Shown here one piece after another: positions 25,475-38,094 of a DNA stretch of 64,000 nucleotides. The notes under the pieces are model-generated. The model was given only the letters and a program-made list of their open reading frames with translations. It had not been told where the DNA came from and ran no database searches. A program made the position numbers and the translations under genes. How positions within the stretch are numbered: position 1 is the first letter of the stretch; every line of letters begins with the position of its first letter. The stretch is taken from NCBI GenBank assembly GCA_963514005.1, contig OY740798.1, positions 21,266,001 to 21,330,000 on the forward strand, written 5' to 3'. Source of the stretch: Raja brachyura. Taxonomy: Eukaryota.

Positions 25475-28171
25475 TTTCCTGAAATCGATAACTAGCTCCT
25501 TTGATTCGCTGACATTGAGGAAGTGCTGCTTTCCTGACACCACATTACTAAGCTCTCTGGGGTGGAAGATTGCAACCTTCACGTGGTCCGCCCTGTTTCG
25601 ACAAATGCAATCAACCCGGCGTGCACAATCAAATAGAACAAGTTGTCCTACAACTTTAGACTGTGCACGCCATACGCAAGAGGAAGACCAAGCTCTTTAT
25701 CACCTTCCTGTACTCCAACTCATCTTTGGTCATGATCCTACCCACCTCATCTGCAAACTTATAGAACAAGTTGTTTGAAAACAGCACATTTTCAATTTTT
25801 TTCAAATTTTACCACCTTTTTTGAATTTGTACATTTATCCCTCTCCATAGTTATGCAGACAACGGACTAATTTGAACATTGTTTATTTCAGGTTCCCTCT
25901 CTCCTTTTCCCAAAAAAATCCCCAAAAGGCATCTCCACCAGATAGATTAACTGGAATGAAGAAAAGTAGACACACATTTCTTTTTCTCAGTCAGCACCGT
26001 CACCTAACATGTCTGTTTCCAACCTGTCTCCACCCCCACCCCTTTGTCTACGACTTAACACGTTTGATTTTTAATTTTTCCAATCCTGATGAAAAATCAT
26101 TCCCCTGAAACATTAACTCAGGTAATTTGTTACCGACACGAACTGATCTGTGTATTTCCAGTATTTTCTGCAATTATTTCAAATTTTTAGTATCTGCACC
26201 TTTTTTTCCCTTTTAATGAACAAGGAATATACATAAAGGTGGTAAACTACAGTATTTATGTTGTGATAAGGGTATGTAGAGCCCATACATAAACATGGAA
26301 CGGTACATACACAAATCATACAACCATGAACCACCAAGTGTTGTGGAACTTGTGGTTCCTACTTATCACACTTAAGTTAACGTAGGAAGCACGGAAGCAA
26401 ATCACTCTCCACCCCAAGGGAGTGTTGTCAAAGGAAGACATGAAAGCAGTTACATTAAATGCAGTCATAGTGTAAGTGTCAATAACATAATTTTACTGGG
26501 CAAATGAATACAGAGCTCAAAATAAAAAATATTTTACAATAATGAACGTATTAACAAGTGGCATGTTTGAAATTGTGTTAACGCTAAATCGCTATCACAT
26601 TGAATCATTATTATACAGCACTGGAATCCAAAACATTTTATATGAAATTCATTTTCCTTCCCTGTCCCATGTGGGTATCGTAACACAGACAATTATATCT
26701 TAGTTCACAGCTACATACTTTAGTTTTAGGCAAATAGGCCAAATAGTAACCCAGTCCTTGGGACGATGTTAACATAACATGACAAATCACATTTGTGTTT
26801 CACAGCCATTTACAGTACACAACAGAACATTAGTGAAAGAAAGCAAAATTAAAGGCAGAAAGTTCTCATGTAACAGAATTCCACGTTACTTTCAGTGATG
26901 AAAGCAATGAAAGTTTTAGTGGTTTAAACTAAACCAGAACTACCTGGGAATACTCAGGTTAGCAGACTGTGGAGAGAGAAATAGAGATAAAAGTTCAGAT
27001 TAATGACCTCACAATTCTCTCTTCGTGGATGCTACTTGACTTGCTATTTTCAGCATTTTCCTCAAATTTTATTAGAAATTTCCAGCATTGGTGCAATTTT
27101 GCTTTTGCAGCAATGTAATCATTTGTTAAAACTTAAGGGTGAACTAGGCAGGGAAATACTATCCTTGTCAGCTTAAAGTGAAAAATGATAAATGTTTTTC
27201 AATAAGGAATTATATAATACTTTTATTTGAAATTATGTTCTTTCTCCTTTTAATTGACTTCCCTCGAAATCACCCACAGTTCCCCATTCTTTCTGGAAAG
27301 CGGGAACACAATCTTATGTACAAAATCAGATAGATAAGATGCATGTTTCATTTTAGTGACATTAAGACACTAAGTATTCCCTAAAACAGTTTCCATGAAA
27401 ATGATTTCCACCACACACTGTTATATAATTATTTGCACAAAACCACCTTCACAAGGCACACTGCCAAATAACAATACAACTGGACCCAGTCCAAATACTG
27501 TAAAAAGTATTCCATCAAAACACTGGCGCTCTTTTGCACACTAATGCAATTTTAGCGCACAATTTACTAAGATACCAGGATGAAATTAGAAGTTCGAGCT
27601 CTTGAACTAAACTTTTCAGTCACATTTTGTCACTAAACCTTGATAAATCCTACATTGGAGACCAATAAAAAACAATTTGTGTTAACAACCAAAATCTGAG
27701 ATAAAAATTGATCATGGAAATGATGCGGCAAAGAGGTGATTTGGCCCATCATATAAATGCCAGTTATTTGGCTCATTTATCCCATTAGTCCTATTTCTAT
27801 TTCCCAGCAAGTCTGTAATGTATTCCCCTTTTAATATTTAAGCAGAGGCTGGAATTAACATGCTCTCTTCCCCCAAAAAACTGATTTGTGGTGAAGGTTT
27901 TTAATAAGCCAATGGCAAAATGCCTAACTTTTCATTTACATAAATCTTTTACCAAACTGGAGAGGGGAAAAAACACAGATTATTAATGATGACTTACCTT
28001 TTTCATTAGTTATAACAGTTTAGGGAGGTTCTTTAGCTAGGATGCAATCTAGCCCTCAGATCTTCAACAGAACAATTTTACTTTAAGCTCTCAAAAATCA
28101 TGAACAATGGAAGTCAAAAAGTAGAAATCCTTCCCAATGTAAAAGTATGGAACTCTAAGTTAAAAACTCCC

Positions 28172-29123
28172 CACTGATGAGAGCTTTGACCTTCCAAGTC
28201 CTTTATCAATTATATCGCATATCAGGAATTTAATTTGGCGAGTAAATTTGCGAAATATAAATGAGTTAATCAAAGCTCTGGACAAAGTTTCAGCCTTGAT
28301 AGTTCCCTCTGAAGAGCAACAATTTTCATTCCAATGGGAAAACTAAATTCCTCCTCAAAATGAGTTGCCATGAGAAAAGACAACTAGAATGTACAAACAT
28401 TCCTATATAGTTATATTAATTTGGCACTAAAGGCAATTAAAAGGCATGTAAAATTAATAAATAGGGCACACAAGATCTTAAGCGACAGTACTATATGGTA
28501 TTCTTTGCAATTAACAATTTCAATGTAAGAGCAACATATTTTTTTATTGTGGTAAGAACATCTTCTGAAGAAGTTACACACAATCTTAACATTCAAAATG
28601 AACATAACAACATAATGAATTTCAACTACCAAAAAGATTTTTCAATCATACTGCCGATTTGCTGAAACATAATCCAAATATTTGAATCATTTAGGATTCC
28701 TTTTGCAGCATCCTCTTTCTTTTACTGTGGTTTAGGTGAAAGAGTTAAAAATCTTCCCAATGCCCGTGTGTGCTGTTTATTCCCATTTAGTAAGGTCATC
28801 CTTTTCCATCGATAATTTCTTCTCATTCAAAGCAAATGGAAAGCACATGTAAAATTAAAACAAATTCACTGGAGCCAGCCTTTTATTTCACTCACAAGAA
28901 CAGCATTCTCTGGAACTCATAGATTATGTATAATCATTTCCACATTCGTATTATATGTCAGATTTCATTGTTTATCGTATTACTTGTTCACTGATGAGAG
29001 CTTTGACCTTCCAAGTCCTTTGTCAATTATATCCTATATCAGGAATTTAATTTGGCGAGTAGATTTGCAAAATATAAATGAGTTAATCAAAGCTCTGGAC
29101 AAAGTTGCAGCCTTGATAGTTCC
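28172..29123. repeat. 135-bp direct repeat (28172-28306 / 28989-29123)
   Basis: About 6 differences; each copy holds a 10-bp inverted repeat agagctttga/tcaaagctct. Confidence 0.92.
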
Positions 29124-30071
29124 TTGAACAATGGATGTGGATTCTCATGTGCAGTTAAAAGTACCAGAAATTTTAAACAAAATCAGAAGATAGCAGAAAT
29201 GCACATTCTACAACAAAGACAGAATTGATTCAGGTGCAACCCTCAGTCGCCACCATCGTTTTTGGGAGCAGAGTCTCACTCACCTGTTCTTTATTTTCCA
29301 AATGCTTCTTAGTTTGTTGCAGATTATTTTTATATTTACACTATTATCTGCTCTTCTCAGCTTCACAATGTTATTGTCGTAAATACATATTGGTCTAAAT
29401 GGATTGGACATCAGAAAGTTTTATTTTACATTTGCTGAGATTTAAAAACATCTGTCTTGCATTCATGAGCAAGTCCTTCCTCCTCCCTTAAAGTACACAA
29501 AAATATCACAGCAAGTAATGAAAAATAATCAACAGTGATTCCTAGTTGTCATGAAGAATACTGCATGGAAAGCAGTTAACAATATTTTAAACAACATTTA
29601 AAAAACCCAAAATGTGACCTATAAATTGTTTCATTCACAATAAAAGTTGATTTAGTTTATTAGCAACCAGCTTGAAATATAAAGAAATCATAATTCCTCA
29701 TTATTAGGAGGGTAATGCAGTGTATTTAACATTATTTTTAAAATCTTGTGATAGGATAGGAATATAATGGTGTCCTTGTTCTAGCGCTGTTCACTGATGC
29801 TCCAATTTTCGTCATTTATTGAAATTTCAAGTCCTGACAATGCTTGACAATCCTGTGAAGGTGACATTTCTCAATGCATCAAGTCGCGAAATGTCCTTAG
29901 AATGGGCAGAGGGCTTTGTGTACAGGTAAAACTATAAACAAGTAAAATAACAAGTTAAAAGTCCGAGCAGTGTTCTACAGTACCATTTCAGTGTTATGTT
30001 TCCAGCCCATGAGTCCCTGAAATTAATGACCAGTTCATTCACTGACACATTTTTGTAAATTACAGGACAGA

Positions 30072-30352
30072 TTATTTCTCTGCAAGCTTGCAGAAAACTT
30101 CATGGACTTCGGGATTCTCTTGAGCAAACTGTTCAGCTGTGTTTCTCTGTAACCAGTCAGTTGTTCGAATCTGTTCACGGAGAAGTCCAATCAGACCATC
30201 AAGAGCAGGATCTGGTAGAGATGGCTGGACACCAATTTCTATGACTTCTTCGGCAATTTTGGTCCTACTCTCTGAATCAGAATTTGGCTCTTTATCAAGA
30301 GATTGGATTACTGAATCTTGCTCTTCCAGGACCTTCCAAATTCTGCGCATTC
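30072..30352 (-). CDS. ACCS: ACCS-like last coding exon (GMRRIWKVL...EVHEVFCKLAEK*)
   Basis: ctgttag|GA acceptor and TAA stop. The 14 exons sum to 2048 nt and stay in frame from the phase-1 start to the stop. Confidence 0.88.
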
Positions 30353-31409
30353 CTAACAGAACAAAATCCAAATGTCATTATTTGGGTAAGTGGCAAAATA
30401 CGACTGGTCTATTTATCACATTCAAAATATAAACCATAGGATTAGTTTGAGTCCGCACACAACTCCGTAAAAGTTTTTACTAGAACGAATGCTCAGAATG
30501 TAATCATGTTAGCTAAATAAATCTAGTACAAACATGATGAACTGGGAATTTGTAGGCACCTGACACCCATCACTGACCTAAGATGTTCACACTGATGTAC
30601 TGGGCTCTGCAGCATTGATTTGCCCCATTCCAATGTGCCTTCTCAATTGGAGCCTTCTATTTACACAAGAGTGATGTTGTATGAGGGATGAAGGGAAAAT
30701 AATAGGTAAGAATGAATTAGAAGGGGCTTAATTTCTGCATATTTAAGACAGCAATGGTTCACATTTGCTATCTGTACTTGTAAAGTTAAACCTCGAGGAT
30801 ATGCGGCTAGAGGAATCAAGAGGATAAATCAAAGATTGGCACGATAGCACCATTTTCATAAACCTGGAATATTTGGACTTCCATCGGATTGCAACTGAGA
30901 TAAGAAGATGGTCAGACGAAGCCCAATGACTGTGAGTGAAGTAAGGGAATGTAGCAAAGACCACCAGGGATCTGGGAGGATTGGGAGGGTGGAGTTTGCC
31001 AGGTATGTTCTTGGTACATAACTCAGTTGTGGCAGAACTGGACATTCCATCCCCTGAGTACAGGAGCTGCAAGCCCTGGAGCTGGGGGGGGTTGCATAGC
31101 ACAGGATGATCACACCGGTTTGGAGATGCCAGAAATGACTGTGTACAAGCTTATCTTTACCTGGGTAGTTCTGTCCCAATAAATTACACCATGTCTCTGA
31201 TTAAATATAAAAAATCTACACTTTATGCTAAGGGAAAGAACATATGGGTCTGCACAATGCAATCTTGTACTAATGAAATACCTGGATATTTTCAATCAAG
31301 AGGGCAACATACTTGTTTTTAGGGCAAAGGAATCAAATCAGTTTTCTCCTTCCAAATACTGACAGAATTCCCAAGAGTTGCAATTGTTCCCAAGAATAAT
31401 TGCAACTTA

Positions 31410-31749
31410 GGTGATGGGTGTGTAAAGATACGAAGTAGGTATATCCCTTTTACATTTTTTGGTTTTGTTTTTTCTTTCCCCTTTTTTATATCGTCTTCTT
31501 ATTCTTTGCTTTTTTCCTTTTTTTCTATCTTTCTCGCGCTTTACTTCTTTATGGGCTCTTTTTCTTTACTTTCTCACGAACCATCATCACCATTACCTAA
31601 CCTAACTTTCTCTCTCTCTCTCTCTTTTTCTTGCTTCTGCTATTTTTCTACTGTTAAATTGTTAAACAAGAAGTTGTACAATAAATGTATTATGTTATTC
31701 TTGGTTTATACTACTGTACATGACTTCTAATAAAAATATATTTTAAAAA
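31410..31749 (+). mobile_element. 5'-truncated L1/Tx1-type retro-insertion (3' UTR, AATAAA, A-tail)
   Basis: 18-bp TSD AAGAATAATTGCAACTTA (31392-31409, 31750-31767); T-rich 3' UTR and AATAAA before an A-run. Confidence 0.8.
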
Positions 31750-31808
31750 AAGAATAATTGCAACTTAATCACCAACTGAAAGGCAACAAGTCAAATGACT
31801 TTGGTGGG

Positions 31809-31901
31809 TTACACAAAAAGCTGGAGAAACTCAGCGGGTGCAGCAGCATCTAAGGAGCGAAGGAGATAGGCGACGTTTCGGGTCGAGACCCTTCTTCAGA
31901 C
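31809..31901 (-). mobile_element. Short Penelope-terminus repeat with intact minimal hammerhead motif
   Basis: Reverse complement reads CTGAAGA-A-GGGT-CTCG-ACCC-GAAA-CG-TC (31899-31872); flanked by tgggtt. Confidence 0.7.
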
Positions 31902-32255
31902 TGGGTTGTTGCCGGGTCACCGGTGGGCAAGATGATGGGTAACTGATTCCAAGCATCGATATTGGAACAAAATAGATGACAGTTGGTTTGCAATAAGAAT
32001 CATTGCAATGACTTCAAATCATTAGAAAAAATATTTTGTAATATTGTGATTTGTATGTTTGAACTCAAACTACCTTGCATCTATTGATTTTCTGTAACAA
32101 CTGAAACTGGAATGTCTGAATTGTACTTAAATGTTGTGCTCATTAGCTACACAAGCACTTGTGGCAAATGCATATTTAGATGGGATAGAAAGGCTAACAA
32201 AGATTAAAACTCCAAATGGAAACAAGTAGATGAAAGTTATTGTAACTGTACTCAC

Positions 32256-32409
32256 CTAGTTGTAGCCTACTGGTTTTGTCAGCAAACACAATGCTGAACC
32301 ATCCAGGTTCACAGCACCCAAATGATTTCCCACTGCTGAGAAGGATTTTATTTTTAAGAAATCGCTTCCATAGTTTTGTTTCTTCTTCAAATGTCGGATT
32401 CCTTAAGTA
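32256..32409 (-). CDS. ACCS: ACCS-like exon (YLRNPTFEEETKLWKRFLKNKILLSSGKSFGCCEPGWFSIVFADKTSRLQL)
   Basis: atccag|/|gtgagt, 154 nt; EPGWF motif. Confidence 0.93.
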
Positions 32410-32910
32410 CTGGATAGAAAGATACACACATTACATTTGTGGTTTTCATTGCTGCAGTCTATCTGCTGAATCATGGAACACATTATTATCTAACCCTTGC
32501 CAACATACTAGAAGTCTCAAAACAGGAGGTATGCCTGGATACAAACTGGAAAATATGATTCTCCAATGAAAGACTTCAATTCAATAACACATAAGAGGAT
32601 CCAATTGTTTAAGAATAATCAATTAGTAAGACTTACATAATACAAAGTACTCAATCACCATAATTATTATTAATCCATTCGCTAAAACCCATCCTTTACC
32701 CTCCAGCCTTGAGATTTACTGTCCTGTCAGCATGGTGGAGGGTAATCTCTTTACTGTACTTTCTGTTCTGAACCACCATCTCATCCGCAGGCCAACACTC
32801 TGTTGCCTCAAGTTTGTTCTCCTTTTCTCACTATTTCCTTTCTGCATCTCCCTGATCAGGTGTCTGTCTTTGCCAAGCACTAAAACAGCCCTATACAAAA
32901 TCCCTTATAC

Positions 32911-33116
32911 CAAGGTTTCCCAACCTGGGGTAAATTTCACCTACCCAGGGAGTAAATTTGTTGATTCTGGATTTGTACATATTTTTTCCAATTGACTGAC
33001 CATGTTTGGTTCTGGTGTCTGTTATCATTACTTGTTCATAAATATGTTAAATAACACTGTTATGTGCTATTAAAGTTGCCAGGGGTAAACGGAACAAAAA
33101 AGGTTGGGAACCCCTG
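32911..33116. mobile_element. hAT/Charlie-type MITE
   Basis: TIR caaggtttcccaacct / aggttgggaacccctg; degenerate 8-bp TSD ccttatac/tcctatac with central TA. Confidence 0.75.
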
Positions 33117-34017
33117 TCCTATACTGTTGCTGTGGGTAGTTTTCCTCTGCGTGATATCTCCACAATTTCTATCTCTACTTAAATTAATTTGCTGTTCAAA
33201 TTGTCATCTCTGCATTTGTCATCTCTGCTCTCAACAATTGGCAGAATGCACAAATCATGTATAATTACCCCGAGAGCTAAAATCCTCCGCATTGTTCATA
33301 CAAAATAGCATATAAAGCAATAATGACCAAAAGCTGTCTTATGTTCTTGAAACTTCATGGTAGCGATAGTAAGGAGAGCTAAAAGACTTACTTTTTTATC
33401 AAACACTATGTTACACAGCATAGACCAAATGCACAAATAGAATACAATGCACCCCATGAACTAACAACCCTAATCCTACTTCAACAACAGAACACTATGG
33501 CACTACCATTATTTTTTTTTTTTCGAACTATGTTTTTACACAAATTTTATTTTCTATGCAATGTTCCTCCTTTCCCCCCCGATATTTTGTGAGATTTATG
33601 TATACTTTATGTCCTTGTGTGTTGTTTGAATTGATGTACCCATGATGTGGTCGCATACAAGGTTTTTCATTATACCTGTACCTCACCGTACTTGTGCATA
33701 TGACAATAAACTCGACTTGATATTCTAAAATATTCCCTTCACTCTTGCTTCTCAATGCATTATGATGATACATTTCTATGGCTGCATAACCATACCATCA
33801 CCTTCCATCTTGAGTCCCTCCCACATGAATGAGATCCTACAAAGTCCCTTGGTCTGAAATCAGAAGTAAAGATTCAAAATATGAAAAAACATAAGTTTTA
33901 AACAATTTTATTACATTATAGAATGTATATATTGAAACAACTGAAAATGAATCCTAAATTAATTTCTGGTACAGAAATGAAAGATTCCTTTATGTCCGTC
34001 TTCTGTGCAGTGAATAC

Positions 34018-34160
34018 CTTTCTAAAATCAGTCCAGATATGATGTCCTGCCTGTGGGTTCAAGAAAGGAATGTCCATTGCTATTAATTCATTCGTCATAC
34101 ACTTGTGGGCAGTTTTTAACCTGGCTCGATTTGTTGGTAAAAAAACACGATTGAACCAAT
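34018..34160 (-). CDS. ACCS: ACCS-like exon (WFNRVFLPTNRARLKTAHKCMTNELIAMDIPFLNPQAGHHIWTDFRK)
   Basis: ctctgtag|/|gtattc, 143 nt. Confidence 0.92.
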
Positions 34161-35599
34161 CTACAGAGAAATAGAAAAAAAAAATTTACACAGACGGAAT
34201 GAAAATGTCCTCATCTTGCAAAAGAAAATCTGTTATCCAATTTATAAAGCAGCATTTTTACATCCAACAATTAAAACAGTACTATTTTATCACTTTACTT
34301 TTATTACTGGAATACTGAAATTCAGTATTAATTTTATGTAGAGTCAACTCGCTGGCTTTCCGCTCTGCACTGGACCACTTGGACAATAGAAGGACGTCTT
34401 TTTATATAACTTTTAGCATGTACAAATTGTATCATTAGATATCCTTTTTGCAGGACTTTTACAGGACTAATTTCCAATCTATAAATATAAATCAAAATAC
34501 TGTAGGTAAACATAACAGATCATAATTTAGTCTCAGTCCCTTACAGAGAATACAAAAAAGTAAATAGGACCCACTAATTTTAAATTAAAGAAAATATACT
34601 CTGTTACATTTTGATTATTAAATATAACATACTTTCTATTGACTAACAAGTTACTAAAGAAAGATATGATAACTTATTCATTGTTTATATCTCATCCCTC
34701 CCCACTCTCCTTTGGATTGATACTTAGCCAATTAATGGAGTTTTGACTCTACAAGAGTGCTGGGCTAGCTCATCTCAGTGGCATGATGATACTCAGAACT
34801 GGTTTAAGCAAACTGGTTTAAACTGGTTACAACTGGTTTAAGCAAAACTAATCTAGAAAGGGAAAACTAAAGGCTGTTATTCTTATGGCAGTTCAGTATT
34901 CAGTCATGAGTTGAAAAAAATGGACGCGCATGGTTGTGTTTGGAAAAGAGAAGAATTCAGCTTAACTATAAAACCCTTCAAAATCTAACGTTGATGCAAA
35001 GTCAGATTTTTATTTAACATATTTGGTTCAGCCTCCAAACCTACTGGTCTGTAAAAGTGTACCTTCAGGAAAGTGTGAGGAGAATACCATTAAATCAGTT
35101 AAAACAAAAGGTAACACAATAAAACACTGATAATCTGCCACCTTGAATTTGATGGATGCGGGCTGGCAGATTTTCCAGACCGTCAGATGTTTTTCCTATT
35201 AATACCCAATCACACTTTTGATTTGCTTTTTTTTGTGTTACATAATAGCATAATTAATTCTGCATTGATCCACGTGAGTTTGAAGGGGTACAGGAACAGG
35301 GCCTGGTGAATTTAAAGGTAGCACGGTTTCCAGTGAGTTATAGTCATATAGCAAGGAAAGAGGCCCTTTGGCCCAACTTGCCTATATGCTGAGTTAATAG
35401 GGAATGTGTGAAACAAAACCAACTGAAACCAGTCCAAAGATTGGGATTTCTATGAATTCAGATAGTAGTTTTTTTTGTATTGGATTGGTAATCTTTGATA
35501 GCTACTTGTTGACATCCTAGTTACACAATGGTTTAATGTAAAAGGTGACGTAACACCCATTGACTATACGAGTAACTTTTTAAAAAGCTCTTTGTCATA

Positions 35600-36560
35600 A
35601 GTAGACACTAGGAACTGCAAATGCTGAAATAATGAACAAAGACAAAGTAGTGGAGGAACTCAGCAAAATCTGGCAATTGATACGTGGATAAAGGTGAGGG
35701 GGGGTTTGATCGGCAGATGAGTGGAATAAGTGACAAGGGCTTGAGATAAAATGGAGATAAAAGGTTATCGGTTAACGAGAGGAGTGAAATGTAAATCCAG
35801 AGAGAGGGATAAAAGTTGAAGGGGACAGGGGTAAGGGGGGAAAGAGGGGTAGGATAATGGGATAAATCGGTACACCTAGGGCAGGCCCAGGAAAGAGAGA
35901 TGAGAAAAAGGTGGTGTTACTAAAAATTTGGATAATGCAATGTCCATACCATTGGGTTGTAAGCTTTTCATGGAATACGAGGTGCTGTTCCTCTGGTTTG
36001 CAAGTGACCTCGCTCTGCAATTGGGGAGGCCCAGAACAGAAAAGTTGGTATATGACTGGGAAGGGGAGTTTAAATGGTAAACGACTGGGAGATGCAGCAA
36101 ACCTTGCCAGACTGAGCATGTGTTTGGTGAAATGGTCGCCTGGTCTACACCCCCTCTACTGCAATCAGCCTGAAGAAAGGTCCTGACCCAAAACATTGCC
36201 TATCCATTTCCTCCATATATACTGCCTGACCCACTGAGTTACTGTTTAAGAAGGAACTACAGATGCTGGAAAATCGAAGGTAGACAAAAATGCTGTAGAA
36301 ACTCAGCGGGTGATGCAGCATCTATGAAACGAAGGAAATAGGTGACATTTCGTGTCGAGACCCTTCTTCAGACTAATGTGGGGGTGGGAAGAAGAAACGA
36401 AAAGGCGGAGACAGTGGGCTATGGAAGGGGAAAGAAGGGGAAAGCAGGGACTACACTTCTTCCCACCCTGCTTTCCTTCGCTCCATAAATGCTTCCTCAC
36501 CTGCTGAGTTTCTCTTGCATTTTTGTCTACCATTGAGCTACTGGAGCACTTTATGTTTTG
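35600..36560. mobile_element. Cluster of decayed Penelope-like fragments
   Basis: GIY-YIG C-terminal remnant (..CKPEEQHLVFH..) plus several terminal-repeat copies in both orientations. Confidence 0.65.
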
Positions 36561-36589
36561 CATTTGTCATGTGTCATTTTGCTAATCAG

Positions 36590-37495
36590 CAGAGCTGCCA
36601 AGTTTTGTCAGAGCATTTCAGTACCTGAAAATCAGTATTTTGCTGAGGAAATCAGTATTTTTACGTGACCCCATTTTGCTGAAAAAGTGGGGGGGTTTTA
36701 TGTGCGGTCACAGCCATGTAAGAGTACAAGAATGCATAACTTTGCTACCAATTAACATGTCTTCTCTGCACCTTACTTGACAGTGCATTCATTGCCATCT
36801 CTTTGTATACTGGTGTTTGAAAGGCTGCTTGCTGCTTTTCGCACCAGATGATGATGTAGAAGCCATTTTGGAAGCCTCCCTCGCTCTCCCTCCTTCATCT
36901 CTTCCTCTCCCTACCACCCTCCGTCTCTCTCTCTTCCTCCCCCTCCCTCTCTTCCTCCCCCTCCCTCTTTCCTTCCCCCTCCCTCTTTCCTTCCCCCTCC
37001 CTCTTTTCCTCTCCCTCCCTCTCTCCTTCCTTTTTTTCTCCCTCCCTCTTATTCGCTCCCTCCCTCCCTCCCACTCCCTCTCTCCTTCTCCCTCTCCTAA
37101 CAGTCTGTGACCTATAGCGTTGTGGCCATAGCGCTATGTGTAAAGCCCATAGCATTATGTGTAATGGGAGCGCTATTTTTAGAACCCCTAGCGCAATTTG
37201 TTTAAATTCCCACGCGTTAAACTGACAGCGCTGTTTAAACCTGGAGCGGGACAGGCAGATCGAATAATCATCCAGATCCTGAAATGTAAAAAACTAATAG
37301 ATTTAATCTGCTATAATCTTTAGGGTTACAGTATGACATTTTATATCCTTGCATTTTTTAAGTAGCAAGATGAAACAGGAGGTGGGCTGGGGCTGATTTT
37401 TAAAAATCCGTATTTTACAATGCAAATCCGTACATCCGTATTCTGATCGCATTTCCGTACAAAATACAGAAAATCCGTACTACTTGGCAGCTCTG
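36590..37495. mobile_element. hAT-like non-autonomous DNA transposon with internal polypyrimidine tract
   Basis: 14-bp TIR CAGAGCTGCCAAGT; flanking 6-bp duplication AATCAG; subterminal repeats ATCCGTA and TCAGTA. Confidence 0.75.
36876..37097. repeat. C/T low-complexity tract with 18-bp units (ctcttcctccccctccct)
   Basis: Near-pure polypyrimidine run seen directly. Confidence 0.9.
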
Positions 37496-37749
37496 AATCA
37501 GGAATAATTTTTTAAAAAAAAGACATTCACTGGTTTCCATCATGCTAGTGACCAGTTTTTGAGGAAAAGTGGAAGGATCTAAATGGGTTGTTTAACAAAC
37601 AAAGATGAGCTGCTGTATCTAACAGTTTTGCCCTAGCTTTCCAATGCAGGCAAAGCAATGTATTTCATGTGAAGCAATACATTGCTTAATTGACATATGC
37701 ATTCTATGTACTGTTGGAACATGGGGCATTCTCCACAAGGCATTCTTAC

Positions 37750-37891
37750 CTTGGTCTCTCAGTAACTGTGCTACCATATGTTGTGTGGCAACTGGAACAC
37801 CATGGAAGTGTGACAGTTGGCCAAGGGCACTAATAACATCAGCATTCTCAGTGTGTAGAGTACCTAGATGAAGTCCACTGGCTGTAAAATC
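37750..37891 (-). CDS. ACCS: ACCS-like exon (DFTASGLHLGTLHTENADVISALGQLSHFHGVPVATQHMVAQLLRDQ)
   Basis: gttcag|/|gtaaga, 142 nt; aligns to DFGMSGLRFGTLYTEN...AQLLRDR. Confidence 0.92.
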
Positions 37892-38094
37892 CTGAACAAC
37901 AAAAAAACATGATTAATTTAGTTATCTCCTGATATTGCTCACTGCTCCTCAGTTTGCTTTTGGCATGCAATTTTATCCCAAATTGTCAAGCAAGCAAGGC
38001 CAAGCAACATGGTCCCTGGAAATCAGATACAAAACCATGAAACACTCACTCAATAGGATGCACACTTTTGGAAATTCCGTATTAATTTTATGTA

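Noticed and set aside
28174-28285. CTGATGA followed by a stem, suggesting a hammerhead ribozyme or a box C/D snoRNA
   Set aside because: No GAAA after the closing stem (reads TGGAC) and no terminal CTGA box D in the right place; kept only as a direct repeat.
30743-31295. Overlapping minus-strand ORFs in the last ACCS-like intron
   Set aside because: No splice or phase fit and no recognisable protein; probably an old repeat remnant.
34797-34848. Short tandem aactggtt(ta) repeats
   Set aside because: Degenerate minisatellite without spacers; not CRISPR-like, and the sequence is vertebrate.
36817-37155. Leu/Pro-rich and Glu/Arg/Gly-rich ORFs
   Set aside because: Translations of a C/T low-complexity tract.
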